Source: Candidatus Dojkabacteria bacterium HGW-Dojkabacteria-1
Lineage (GTDB): Bacteria; Patescibacteriota; Dojkabacteria; SC72
Assembly (NCBI GenBank): GCA_002840365.1
Contig: PHAO01000001.1
Coordinates: 15,594-79,593 of the forward strand
Reading direction: 5' to 3'
Length of the DNA: 64,000 nucleotides
Shown here: positions 1 to 8,804 of the stretch, in pieces
Position numbering within the stretch: position 1 is the stretch's first letter
Layout of the letters: each line of letters starts with the position of its first letter
The notes under the pieces: model-generated
Databases searched by the model: none
Seen by the model: the letters and a program-made list of their open reading frames with translations, nothing else
Told to the model about the DNA's origin: nothing
Translations under genes and position numbers: made by a program

Positions 1-393
1 ATAGCTTGGACCATCATACTGTACCAGCATCTCAGGAGGGAAATATACATCTAAAAGTTTACACGCCTTTACTTCACTTACTCCAAATATATTACCCGCA
101 ATAAAGGTAAGTATGTTTTGAACATTTCCATCACTATCAAATATATCCCATGGGTACGCTATCCATACAAGATTTTTATCCTCATCTATCTTATAAACCT
201 TCGCATTATTACTATTCGAAAACTCAGTAGAGGAACCAATAGAGATACTGGAACCCGTCGATGACTCTGCAGCTATTTCTGTTGCAACATCGGCTAACTT
301 TAATCCTTCAACAGGCATAATATGAAAGACAGCTAGTAGATACCTTCCATTATTTACAGATTCGTCTCCTAAAAATAGATATTCTTTCTGCAT
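1..393 (-). CDS. rbcL: Ribulose-1,5-bisphosphate carboxylase large subunit, form II/III type. Only the N-terminal ~131 aa are present; the gene runs off the window start.
   Basis: The minus-strand reading from ATG (393..391) gives MQKEYLFLGDESVNNGRYLLAVFHIMPVEG...EIAAESSTGS...WIAYPWDIFDSDGNVQNILTFIAGNIFGVSEVKACKLLDVYFPPEMLVQYDGPS. The AAESSTG motif and the IAGNIFG...YFP..DGP block match archaeal/CPR form III RuBisCO. This reading frame is absent from the ORF track because no stop codon lies inside the window. Confidence 0.75.
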   Translation of the reverse strand, partial: MQKEYLFLGDESVNNGRYLLAVFHIMPVEGLKLADVATEIAAESSTGSSISIGSSTEFSNSNNAKVYKIDEDKNLVWIAYPWDIFDSDGNVQNILTFIAGNIFGVSEVKACKLLDVYFPPEMLVQYDGPSY

Positions 394-467
394 ACTAAAA
401 ATTTTTCAAATTATGTATAACATAAATCCTATCATACAGAAGATTCACAAACAAGGGGAAAACTGGT

Positions 468-537
468 TGCGGGGGTTGGATTCGAACCAACGACCTTCAG
501 GTTATGAGCCTGACGAGCTGCCACTGCTCTACCCCGC
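468..537 (-). tRNA. tRNA-Met with a CAU anticodon (initiator-like sequence). A lysidine-modified tRNA-Ile2 cannot be excluded.
   Basis: The reverse complement folds as a cloverleaf: GCGGGGTAGAGCAGTGGCAGCTCGTCAGGCTCATAACCTGAAGGTCGTTGGTTCGAATCCAACCCCCGCA, with anticodon loop CTCATAA. It closely resembles bacterial tRNA-fMet. Boundaries are within about 2 nt. Confidence 0.7.
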
Positions 538-578
538 GATATCAGCAGTTGAGATTATACCTTAACAAACAATGTATT

Positions 579-1034
579 TCAAATTCCCTTTAGAAGGAAA
601 TCCAACCAAGAATTAAGAGTAAATGTAGGTTCAAAGATATTACTTTGTTTTGATTCAAGTATTTTTTCTACATCACTAGATGCTTGATCCATAACATTTT
701 CAGGTATAACAAACACAATTTCTCCCGTATCTCCAAAATTAAGCCTATTTCTAGCCTCCCTTTCTAAATATTTATCCGTAGACATATCTTTCATACTAAT
801 TGAGAGATATAGATTTTGAATTCTCAAATCCTCCACTTCCCTTTCTGCTCTCTTAAGAATATCTAACTTTTGAAAAGTAATATTTACGGAATTATATACA
901 GACCAAAGAATGAATGCAGAAATACCAATAAGAAAAATCTTCACAAAGACAGAATCGAATATCTGAGGTAACTCCGAATTCCCTTTGTTAGATATACCTT
1001 CCCTATTTTTTCTAACTCTTATTACTTTCCCCAT
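579..1034 (-). CDS. Septum formation initiator family protein, FtsB/DivIC-like. It is a bitopic coiled-coil protein.
   Basis: It has a single N-terminal transmembrane segment and a coiled-coil region, plus a DKYLEREARNRLNFGDTGEIVF segment resembling the FtsB/DivIC conserved block (…EEIAR.ELG…KPGE). Confidence 0.45.
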   Translation of the reverse strand: MGKVIRVRKNREGISNKGNSELPQIFDSVFVKIFLIGISAFILWSVYNSVNITFQKLDILKRAEREVEDLRIQNLYLSISMKDMSTDKYLEREARNRLNFGDTGEIVFVIPENVMDQASSDVEKILESKQSNIFEPTFTLNSWLDFLLKGI

Positions 1035-1093
1035 ATATAGAAATATTATCAGAACAGGAAAAATACATCAAAATTAATCCATAGTTTTTATTA

Positions 1094-1123
1094 TTGATAT
1101 TATTTACGAGAGGGTGCTATAAT
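1094..1123 (+). promoter_or_regulatory. Sigma70-type promoter upstream of the recombinase gene.
   Basis: TTGATA at 1094-1099 is followed by an 18-nt spacer and an extended -10 TGcTATAAT at 1115-1123. This lies about 35 nt upstream of the 1158 start. Confidence 0.5.
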
Positions 1124-1157
1124 CTCATAGTTTATACACTAGGCTACTTTAAATTGA

Positions 1158-2057
1158 TTGTTTGATACATTGGAGAAGATAACAAACCCAGATTTTGCCA
1201 AACAACAAAATAACTTTATAGATGAATTAAGAAGTAAAGGTAGGTCAGAAGCAACAGTTATTGCATATGCAAAAGATATTGAACAATTGCTAAATTTTTT
1301 CTCATCAAGAGGCACCCTTAGACTTCAACAAACTTCTATTGAAGACTTAGAGTCATATAAGAAACATCTACAGGACAATAACTACACACCCAAGAGTATT
1401 TCTAGAAAAATTAATAGTACAAGAACCTTCTATAGATACCTCTTAGAAAACACCCATATCAAGGACAATCCTGCAGAAAAGCTTGCACATCCTAAATTCG
1501 AAACAAAACCACCCAGAGTACTCTCAGAGATGGAGTATAGAGCTCTTAGAGATGTCAGTAGAGTAGATATTAGACTCTACTCTATTGTAGAACTACTTTT
1601 ACAAACAGGTATAAGGATTGGGGAATTAGCAACTCTTACACTAGACGATGTAAGAAATACCAAAGATGGCATCAACTATATATACATAAAAGCATCAGGG
1701 AGTCACCCTGCAAGAAAAGTTCCTATTAACAAATCAGCAAAGAAAGCTATAGATGAATATCTTGCAATAAGGCCTGAGACAGAAGAAGATACATTGTATG
1801 TAACCAAAAATGGTAGACCTCTTTTAGTAAGAAATATTAGAACAACAATAGATAAGGCATTTGAGAGAGCTGGCATCAAGAACGCAAAGGTCAATGATTT
1901 AAGAAATACATTCATAGCACATCATCTCTCTAATGGTGTAAGTCTAGTTACAGTATCCAAGCTTGTTGGCCACAAGAGACTTTCTACAACAGAAAAATAT
2001 CTAGGATTAGTAGACAACAACAAGCCAGAAGCAGAGAAAAGCCTCAAAGATCTGTAG
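1158..2057 (+). CDS. Tyrosine site-specific recombinase of the XerC/XerD or phage-integrase family.
   Basis: The N-terminal SAM-like domain and the C-terminal catalytic region (...LRNTFIAHHLSNGVSLVTVSKLVGHKRLSTTEKYLGL) show the R..H..R..Y signature. The listed start is TTG at 1158; the first in-frame ATG is near 1216. Confidence 0.75.
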   Translation: MFDTLEKITNPDFAKQQNNFIDELRSKGRSEATVIAYAKDIEQLLNFFSSRGTLRLQQTSIEDLESYKKHLQDNNYTPKSISRKINSTRTFYRYLLENTHIKDNPAEKLAHPKFETKPPRVLSEMEYRALRDVSRVDIRLYSIVELLLQTGIRIGELATLTLDDVRNTKDGINYIYIKASGSHPARKVPINKSAKKAIDEYLAIRPETEEDTLYVTKNGRPLLVRNIRTTIDKAFERAGIKNAKVNDLRNTFIAHHLSNGVSLVTVSKLVGHKRLSTTEKYLGLVDNNKPEAEKSLKDL

Positions 2058-2089
2058 TTTCAACAATGATTTAAATGGGAATATTCAAT

Positions 2090-2163
2090 GGGAGTAGATG
2101 GAATCGAACCATCGACCACGGCTTTATAAGAACCGCGCTCTAACCAACTGAGCTATACTCCCA
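2090..2163 (-). tRNA. tRNA with a UAU anticodon, predicted to be a tRNA-Ile that decodes AUA.
   Basis: The reverse complement is GGGAGTATAGCTCAGTTGGTTAGAGCGCGGTTCTTATAAAGCCGTGGTCGATGGTTCGATTCCATCTACTCCC. It has a 7-bp acceptor stem, D-arm GCTC/GAGC, anticodon stem CGGTT/AGCCG with loop CTTATAA (anticodon TAT), and T-arm GATGG/CCATC. No CCA is encoded. Confidence 0.6.
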
Positions 2164-2215
2164 TAATTAATACATGCGATTTTACCAGAAACTATTACTT
2201 TTGTGCAGTACCTAG

Positions 2216-4738
2216 CTAAAAATTAATAGGTGGGAATGGACTTGGTGACTGAGGTTTCTCTTCTACTTTTTTATCCAAATCAGACCTTCTGTTTATATCA
2301 AGGTTTACGATATTTACATCCCTACCATATTTAAGTCTAGACATCTGTTTAATAATTCTTGCAACCTCAGTATTCGATTTCATATCAAATCCACTCTCAG
2401 GGAATTTAGGACCATACCTAGTATCCAACGAAAACGGACTTGGATACGAACCATTATTAAGCATCTTTACATAGTAATGACCCATTCCTTGATTTATTAA
2501 ATCTGTTGCTTTTACATATGATTCAAACTGAGGCTCTAAGAAATTTCCATCATCAGTACCACATCTTGCGATAAAGAGAGATCCAACGTTACCAAAAACA
2601 GCCCCTTTTATATTCTCAGGTAGCTGACCTATATATTGATGTGCAAGTGTGAGATTGAGTTTGTATTTTCTTGCTTCTGAAAGAATAGAGGTAAACTCAT
2701 CTGTAGCAAAATTTTGGAACTCATCTGCATAAAAGAAGAAGTCTTTTCTCTGATCTTCAGATATATTTTCTCTACTCAACGCAGCAGCTAGCATTTTTTG
2801 TACCAAGAGCAACCCCAAAAAGGACATATTCTCTTCACCTAAAAGACCCTTTGCTAGATTTACAATTAATATCTTACCTCCATCCATAACCTCTCTAAAA
2901 TCAAAGGATGATTGAGATTGCCCTATTACATTCCTAATCGCTAGGTTCGTAGTAAATTTATCAAACTTAGAGATAAAGTAACCCAAACTCTCAGATTTGG
3001 TCTTTTGATCTGTCTTTGCAACCTGGTCTACCCAATATCTTCTAACTAACTCATCTTTAATTATTGGAAGCCACTTTTCTTGTACCCATTTTTCATCCTG
3101 TAATATTCTAACTACCTCTATTAATGTCGAACCTTTTTCACTCATAGCAGTTAACATTGCATTTCTTACTGCCTGCTGCATCATAGGACCAACATATCCT
3201 TGATTATGAGGATCAAATAATCGTATAAGTAAGGCGATAAAGCTATTTACTATCTGATGCATATGCTGCTCATTGTAATATTCCATAATGTTTAAACCAA
3301 AAGGTCTTTCAAAATCTGCAGCATTGAAATATATAACATCCTCTACTCTCTCTGGTGGTATTCTTTCTAATATCATTTCAGCAGTTTGACCATGGGGATC
3401 TATGAAACAAACACCATCACCATTATAGATGTCTTGTATTATCATTCTTGTCATAAGCCAAGATTTACCAGTACCTGTTTGACCTAAAATATAACTATGC
3501 CTTCTTCTATCCTCCCTTTGGAAACATATCGCTTTTACCTTATCTCTAAACACATTGTTACCAACCCACACGGTATCTTTTGATTTAATATCAGAACTAA
3601 TGACATTGTCTGCAGGAATTTCCCTTGCAAGTAGCCAGTTAATATTAGGAGTTGTTATTTCTTTGTTAGGGAAGTGATATATAGTTGCCAACTCTTCGAC
3701 ATTCAGGATACTTACTTGTTCAATAGAACTTCTCCTATATACAACATCCAACATAAATTCCTTCTCTTGCTCCTTACCTTTTATTGATATTTTCTTAAAC
3801 CTATTTATCCCTGGGTTACTGAATTGGTCAAAGGCACCCACTATATTGTCCAAATGCATATTAGCAAGGGATTCATCAGATGCTGTTGTAACAATTCTAA
3901 TATCTGTATTAAAACCATTTTTAGAAACCTTTTTACTAATACCTTGTAATTTCTCCTGGCTTACATTTATTTTTTTCTTTTCAGGGTCTGAGTTGTTGTT
4001 CTCAACCTTTTTTACAAAAGAAGCACCATTCTTTTGCCACTTACTATCACTTGGAGAAATAACTACTTGAATCATAGCACCCTCCCCTTCAGACATTTTG
4101 CTTAGTGTACTAAGGATATTGGCAAGAGGATCTCCTGTAAAATCTTCAGATACTTTTATTGGATTATAGCTATCATCATCAAGTGCTAAACGTGTGAATG
4201 CAACTTTCGAATTATCTCCAAAGATGTTGTAATCATCTACCTTTTTAACATCTGCATCTTGATATGAACCTAGTATTTGTTTTTCAACTAAATCTCCTAA
4301 CTTCTTAGGGCTATATACATAGAATTTAATCTCTCCTGGTAATGCCATTATCTCAAAACTAATTGAATTACTAACTGTGAATTTCTCTGCAAAGCCCTTT
4401 CCTTTACCACCAATACCAACAAGATTAGCAAACATTTTTTCGGCCACTCCTACTTCTGTTTCGTTCCCTCTTGGTACACGAACCTCATACAAGGTCCAAT
4501 CTTTTGCTTTGTCGTTTCTATCCTTCTTTTGTAGTTTTTTTCTTATCCTAAAGAATGCAAAGGCTCCTAGTCCTGCAATCAAAACAAGAAGTACAAGTAT
4601 ACCCCATGGAAAAGTAAAACCAGAGCCTGTCATTTCGCCATATGTATCTTTTGGATATTGCTTTGGGTCCGCTATTATTACTTCATCATCTCTGTTTGAT
4701 GGCATTGGACCTATTTGAGCAAGAGTATATGATTTCAT
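2216..4738 (-). CDS. Type IV secretion-type P-loop ATPase (VirB4/TrbE or VirD4/TraG-like; FtsK-HerA superfamily) with an N-terminal transmembrane segment.
   Basis: Walker A GQTGTGKSWLM lies near residue 420 and Walker B FFYADEFQNF near residue 670, with a downstream LTLAHQYIGQL motif. A single transmembrane helix (FTFPWGILVLLVLIAGLGAFAFF) lies near the N-terminus. The layout (Walker A about 420 aa in) resembles VirB4, while the DEFxNF box resembles T4SS coupling proteins. Confidence 0.55.
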   Translation of the reverse strand: MKSYTLAQIGPMPSNRDDEVIIADPKQYPKDTYGEMTGSGFTFPWGILVLLVLIAGLGAFAFFRIRKKLQKKDRNDKAKDWTLYEVRVPRGNETEVGVAEKMFANLVGIGGKGKGFAEKFTVSNSISFEIMALPGEIKFYVYSPKKLGDLVEKQILGSYQDADVKKVDDYNIFGDNSKVAFTRLALDDDSYNPIKVSEDFTGDPLANILSTLSKMSEGEGAMIQVVISPSDSKWQKNGASFVKKVENNNSDPEKKKINVSQEKLQGISKKVSKNGFNTDIRIVTTASDESLANMHLDNIVGAFDQFSNPGINRFKKISIKGKEQEKEFMLDVVYRRSSIEQVSILNVEELATIYHFPNKEITTPNINWLLAREIPADNVISSDIKSKDTVWVGNNVFRDKVKAICFQREDRRRHSYILGQTGTGKSWLMTRMIIQDIYNGDGVCFIDPHGQTAEMILERIPPERVEDVIYFNAADFERPFGLNIMEYYNEQHMHQIVNSFIALLIRLFDPHNQGYVGPMMQQAVRNAMLTAMSEKGSTLIEVVRILQDEKWVQEKWLPIIKDELVRRYWVDQVAKTDQKTKSESLGYFISKFDKFTTNLAIRNVIGQSQSSFDFREVMDGGKILIVNLAKGLLGEENMSFLGLLLVQKMLAAALSRENISEDQRKDFFFYADEFQNFATDEFTSILSEARKYKLNLTLAHQYIGQLPENIKGAVFGNVGSLFIARCGTDDGNFLEPQFESYVKATDLINQGMGHYYVKMLNNGSYPSPFSLDTRYGPKFPESGFDMKSNTEVARIIKQMSRLKYGRDVNIVNLDINRRSDLDKKVEEKPQSPSPFPPINF

Positions 4739-4806
4739 AAAAGAATGGACAGATTAAACATATCTATTATACAAAGAATATCACACTTGAGGATTGTAAT
4801 CGAGTA

Positions 4807-5103
4807 TTAAGAAGGAAGTTCAGCACCCCTTCTCTTGGAGTTTATGTAATTTTTCCAAACTAAAGAACTAGTTAAATCATTACCTAATTCGGGGAAATCT
4901 TTACCTACTTTTTCATCATTTAAAGCTGATTGAATTTGGGAACCTACTTTATGAGATTCTAAAGGTTGAATACCATTGGTTGGAGCTTGTGTCGCTGGTT
5001 GAATATTGTATTCACTTTCTACTCGTGGTAGTTCTGCAGTCAAAGGGGAAGCCCCTCCCTCTACTACTGGCAATTGTTGTATTAATTCTTTTTCGTTTAT
5101 CAT
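4807..5103 (-). CDS. Hypothetical protein of 98 aa with low-complexity, Pro/Gln-rich sequence.
   Basis: It is an open frame co-directional with its neighbours and has no recognisable motif. Confidence 0.3.
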   Translation of the reverse strand: MINEKELIQQLPVVEGGASPLTAELPRVESEYNIQPATQAPTNGIQPLESHKVGSQIQSALNDEKVGKDFPELGNDLTSSLVWKNYINSKRRGAELPS

Positions 5104-5115
5104 AACCTATAATAA

Positions 5116-5565
5116 TTATATCATAAATTCTCTCTTTTCCAAGTGTAACTCTCTTTCTAAATCTCTTTTCTTCTCCTGAAGTTTTTTCTCATACTTTTTC
5201 TTACCTCTTGCTAAACCAATTTCTACTTTAAGATTAGGACCTTTAGAATAGATACTCAAAGGAATCAAAGCTAAGTTTCCCTGCTTCACTTTACTCTCTA
5301 AGTATACCAATTCTCTCTTTTTTACCAAGAGCTTTTTAGATCTCGCAGAATCATAATCAGGGGATCCATCGTATTTGTACTTAGGGATATCTGCATTTAC
5401 AAGCCACAGCTCTCCCCCTACAACCTTTACATACGAATCTCCTAAATTACACCTTCCATCTCTTACAGATTTTACTTCTGCACCAGTAAGAGAAATTCCT
5501 GCTTCTAATTTTTCAAGCACTTCATAATTAAAAAGGGCTTTCTTGTTAACAATTTTCATGCCCAA
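5116..5565 (-). CDS. smpB: SsrA-binding protein SmpB.
   Basis: The N-terminus KIVNKKALFNYEVLEKLEAGISLTGAEVKSVRDGR matches the SmpB consensus (…IA.NKKA…Y.I.E..EAGI.L.G.EVKS.R). The length fits (149 aa) and the C-terminal tail is basic. Confidence 0.85.
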   Translation of the reverse strand: MGMKIVNKKALFNYEVLEKLEAGISLTGAEVKSVRDGRCNLGDSYVKVVGGELWLVNADIPKYKYDGSPDYDSARSKKLLVKKRELVYLESKVKQGNLALIPLSIYSKGPNLKVEIGLARGKKKYEKKLQEKKRDLERELHLEKREFMI

Positions 5566-5587
5566 TTATATCATCAAAAGGAGGGAA

Positions 5588-7867
5588 CTATAATCGAATC
5601 TTCCAAACAGTGGAAGAGTCTAACATATACAAAGTTTTTTGATCTCTGTTTACAACAAAGTCTCTTACATTTTCAAACACCTTTTCTCTACTACCCCTAT
5701 ACACATATTGATTTCTTAAAACAGCTTGATTAGGATGCCTTATCTCTCCTCCACCCTCTATTGGCTTAACCAATCTAACAATTCTCCTATCTTCACTATC
5801 AAAGACATACAAATCATAGTTTAGGTCTCCTCTTGTATATCCATATGTAAGATTTTTAAACTCTCCATCTAATCCTACAATGTCTAATCTTGCAGGAATT
5901 TGTTTACTTTCAAAATAGCTATAGATATACCTCTTTAATCCGTCTGCTCCTGAAGTAAGTATATATACACTCAAATCAGCCATAATGTCATTCGCTTGTT
6001 TTAAAGATTCTTCCTTAATATATCCAAAAGAAAGACCATATCCTGTTCCAAAATTGTTAGATTTCAACAAAACTCCTGCATCTCTATCTAGGATATATAC
6101 ATTGTCTGTATCAGTTAATACCGCAAATTCAGCAATATCATTTGCCCCAATATTATCAATCCCTAATCCTGTTAATTTTGCAAATGGTTTGAATCCTCCC
6201 TCACTATCATACTCTGCTCTTACTACACCAACTTTCAAATCTACAACAAAAATACCACTTCTACCCGTATATATCATTGTAGGTTCTTGGAGTATTCGAT
6301 CAGGGTCCGACAATCTTAGAACTTCTTTGTTGTAAAGTGAAACTCTAAATACTGCCTTAAGTCCAGAATCTACTACAAGAAGATACTCGTTTGCTCTTGA
6401 ATCTTGATAAATTGCAATATCTTGAGGTTTAGAACCCTCACCAAAAGCAAGCCTAGTATCTATGAATGATTCAATAGATCCATCGGAATCTACAAGACCG
6501 ACTCTCTTGTAAAGGTTATCTTGAATACCCAAGACTCTTCCTTCAAGCTGTTTTAATTTTTCAGAATCTTTCTCTCCTAGTTTTTCAGGTATATTTCCAA
6601 GTTCTGACTGTGCTTTAAAAAGTAGCATTTCAGCACCACTCCTATCTGTTCTCGCTTTCTCTTCAGCAGATGTAACAGACGTTTCTACACTACTAAATAT
6701 TTCATTTGCTTGTTTACTAATAGCCCGTGCTTCTTTCTGATCTATTGTAAATTTTGCACCACCAACGATAACTACAATACCTAAGAATACTAGTCCAGCA
6801 ATCTTAAATCTCTCTATCTTCTTGTTCTTTATCTTGTATCCATCTACTTTAAAACCTTTGAATTCATTCTTTCTTGCGAGATTTATATCTGACTGAGAAA
6901 ATTTTGCAGATACTTTTTTGTACCACCTCTGCTTTGCAAATTTCTCATTTAGATTAAGAAGTATGCCTTTGCTAATTCTCTTTATCGAGTACCATACCTT
7001 TCTAAAAATTTCTTTAACTCCTTCAAACAGAGGTTTTAATTTAGCAAGCATTGGAGATACTTTTTCTCCAATTCTAAGCAAAAATGTTTTTAATGGTAGA
7101 AACCAATTCTTCAAATCAAATCTCCTTTCTTGCCTTACAGCCTTAGCTTCAACCTCTTTTTTTTCAACAACTATCTCACCTTTTTCATCTATTTTCACAT
7201 CAGACTCAATTAGCGCTACTTCCTGTTCATCTAATTCCTCTCCCTTTGTGAATATTAATATGCCTTCCCCATCTCCTAATTCGTGAGCCATATCATCCAA
7301 TCTTTCTAGTATAGATTTTGAATTTGGAAGACCAGTTAAACTACTCATACTGTTTTTAACAAAACCCTTGGTAGAAGCAAGAAGTATATCCTCTTCCTCA
7401 AGTAGTAAACCTGCTGTTTTAGCACCTTTTTTGGAGAGCATCTCATGTATATCAACTATCTTTCCCTTTTTGTAAATATATATGTCACAATCACCCAAAT
7501 ATCCTACATACAGACCAGATGAGCCTGAAACAAATACAGAAAAATTAATGTCTACACCATGATCAGAAATATTTTTGTCATTTGTAATTAATTGCTTTAT
7601 CCTTCTTGTTGCTTCATTTAGAGCTATCTTCAATGCTTCATTTGTAGAATCAGCTTTCGAATATTCAAAACCATCAACTAAACCATCCCATGCAAATTTG
7701 GCAATGTTAGCCCCTGGAATATCAACTTCGCTTTTAACCGAGAGAAGTCCATACATTTCGATATTTTTGTCGTGCTTACTTCTAACAGGTCTAGTATAGT
7801 GGAATACTCCTGTATAAAGCTTCTTTTTGTCTGAATTGTTTAAGTATTGAGAGGCAGTAATATACAT
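5588..7867 (-). CDS. Large bitopic membrane protein, hypothetical. It has a possible degenerate PP2C-like N-terminal domain and a repeat-rich extracytoplasmic C-terminal region.
   Basis: The cytoplasmic N-terminal ~200 aa contain ...VFVSGSSGLYVGYLGDCDIYIYKKGKIVDI..., reminiscent of the PP2C GDSR block. A transmembrane helix (IAGLVFLGIVVIVGG) follows at about residue 350, and the C-terminal 400 aa are rich in G/D/Y repeats. Confidence 0.45.
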   Translation of the reverse strand: MYITASQYLNNSDKKKLYTGVFHYTRPVRSKHDKNIEMYGLLSVKSEVDIPGANIAKFAWDGLVDGFEYSKADSTNEALKIALNEATRRIKQLITNDKNISDHGVDINFSVFVSGSSGLYVGYLGDCDIYIYKKGKIVDIHEMLSKKGAKTAGLLLEEEDILLASTKGFVKNSMSSLTGLPNSKSILERLDDMAHELGDGEGILIFTKGEELDEQEVALIESDVKIDEKGEIVVEKKEVEAKAVRQERRFDLKNWFLPLKTFLLRIGEKVSPMLAKLKPLFEGVKEIFRKVWYSIKRISKGILLNLNEKFAKQRWYKKVSAKFSQSDINLARKNEFKGFKVDGYKIKNKKIERFKIAGLVFLGIVVIVGGAKFTIDQKEARAISKQANEIFSSVETSVTSAEEKARTDRSGAEMLLFKAQSELGNIPEKLGEKDSEKLKQLEGRVLGIQDNLYKRVGLVDSDGSIESFIDTRLAFGEGSKPQDIAIYQDSRANEYLLVVDSGLKAVFRVSLYNKEVLRLSDPDRILQEPTMIYTGRSGIFVVDLKVGVVRAEYDSEGGFKPFAKLTGLGIDNIGANDIAEFAVLTDTDNVYILDRDAGVLLKSNNFGTGYGLSFGYIKEESLKQANDIMADLSVYILTSGADGLKRYIYSYFESKQIPARLDIVGLDGEFKNLTYGYTRGDLNYDLYVFDSEDRRIVRLVKPIEGGGEIRHPNQAVLRNQYVYRGSREKVFENVRDFVVNRDQKTLYMLDSSTVWKIRL

Positions 7868-7872
7868 GTATA

Positions 7873-8130
7873 TTAACCTAAAAGAATTATAAAGGTTGCT
7901 AACAAAGCAACAACCAAGGATACCAATAAATTAATATATACCAAAGCCTTTATCTTCCCAGCATTTTCCGATTCTACAGTATCTACCAATATCTTAACCT
8001 TTAATACGAGCATCAGTGAGTAAAAGATATTCCCTATCAAGATCACAATCAAAGGTAACTTAAGGACATCACCAAGATTAATAGTGAATCTCATCGTATC
8101 CTCAAAAAGTTTTTCATATATTCCATCCAT
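7873..8130 (-). CDS. Small two-transmembrane membrane protein.
   Basis: It is 85 aa with two hydrophobic helices, and its stop is adjacent to the start of the upstream bPH gene. Confidence 0.4.
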   Translation of the reverse strand: MDGIYEKLFEDTMRFTINLGDVLKLPLIVILIGNIFYSLMLVLKVKILVDTVESENAGKIKALVYINLLVSLVVALLATFIILLG

Positions 8131-8131
8131 C

Positions 8132-8764
8132 TTAGATACCTCCTTTTTGTTTAATTTCTAATAAATCGTTCAAGATATCCTGCATGTCTCTTGGTTTAGG
8201 TAGCATTGTTAATACAAAATCTACTCCATGACCTGCAGTATCAATATCCAAATTACCAACATCAAAGAATGTTCCTATAAAACCTACATGCTGATGTGTA
8301 ATATCCTCTATCTTTTCTAATTGAGCTTCAGAGTATGAGTGGAAAAATGCGTTGTTCATCTTAACAATTACAATTCTCTGATCAGTCACAATATGAATAG
8401 TGTAATACCATTTAAGAAAGGTTGTAAGGAGAAGGGTGGAAGCAACCCCTATCGAAAGAACGAACATGCCTGTATACAATATTGGTGTACCAAGGATTGG
8501 GAAAGAAGAAGACAGTAAAAGCAAAATCAAAGGCAAAAGAAGAACTAGTAATGATATGAATAAATCGGGGACATAAGCAATCCAATGCCTTCTAACCATT
8601 AATACTATCTCTTCATCCTTGTCTCTTCCGTAGAAACTGATTTTTTTAGGAAATGCAGAAAAACCTGACAGACGAATTTTTTTCTCTTCCTCATACACCC
8701 TATCAACGAAAGATTTGTTTGATTTAAGGAACTTTTTGGGGATATCTTTTCTAAGCTGTTTCAT
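8132..8764 (-). CDS. Membrane protein with a bacterial PH-like (bPH_2/DUF304, YdbS-like) domain.
   Basis: A basic N-terminus is followed by two transmembrane helices and then ...YTIHIVTDQRIVIVKMNNAFFHSYSEAQLEKIEDI..., typical of membrane-flanked bPH domains. Confidence 0.45.
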   Translation of the reverse strand: MKQLRKDIPKKFLKSNKSFVDRVYEEEKKIRLSGFSAFPKKISFYGRDKDEEIVLMVRRHWIAYVPDLFISLLVLLLPLILLLLSSSFPILGTPILYTGMFVLSIGVASTLLLTTFLKWYYTIHIVTDQRIVIVKMNNAFFHSYSEAQLEKIEDITHQHVGFIGTFFDVGNLDIDTAGHGVDFVLTMLPKPRDMQDILNDLLEIKQKGGI

Positions 8765-8804
8765 ACCAAAAGGATATCAAAAAACTCCCTATTTAACAAT
8801 ATAT

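Noticed and set aside
468-4738. Integrative or conjugative element bounded by the two tRNA genes.
   Set aside because: No direct repeat of a tRNA 3' end could be identified by eye. The recombinase could equally be a chromosomal XerC/XerD (ftsK is in the window). This is kept only as a hypothesis in the findings.
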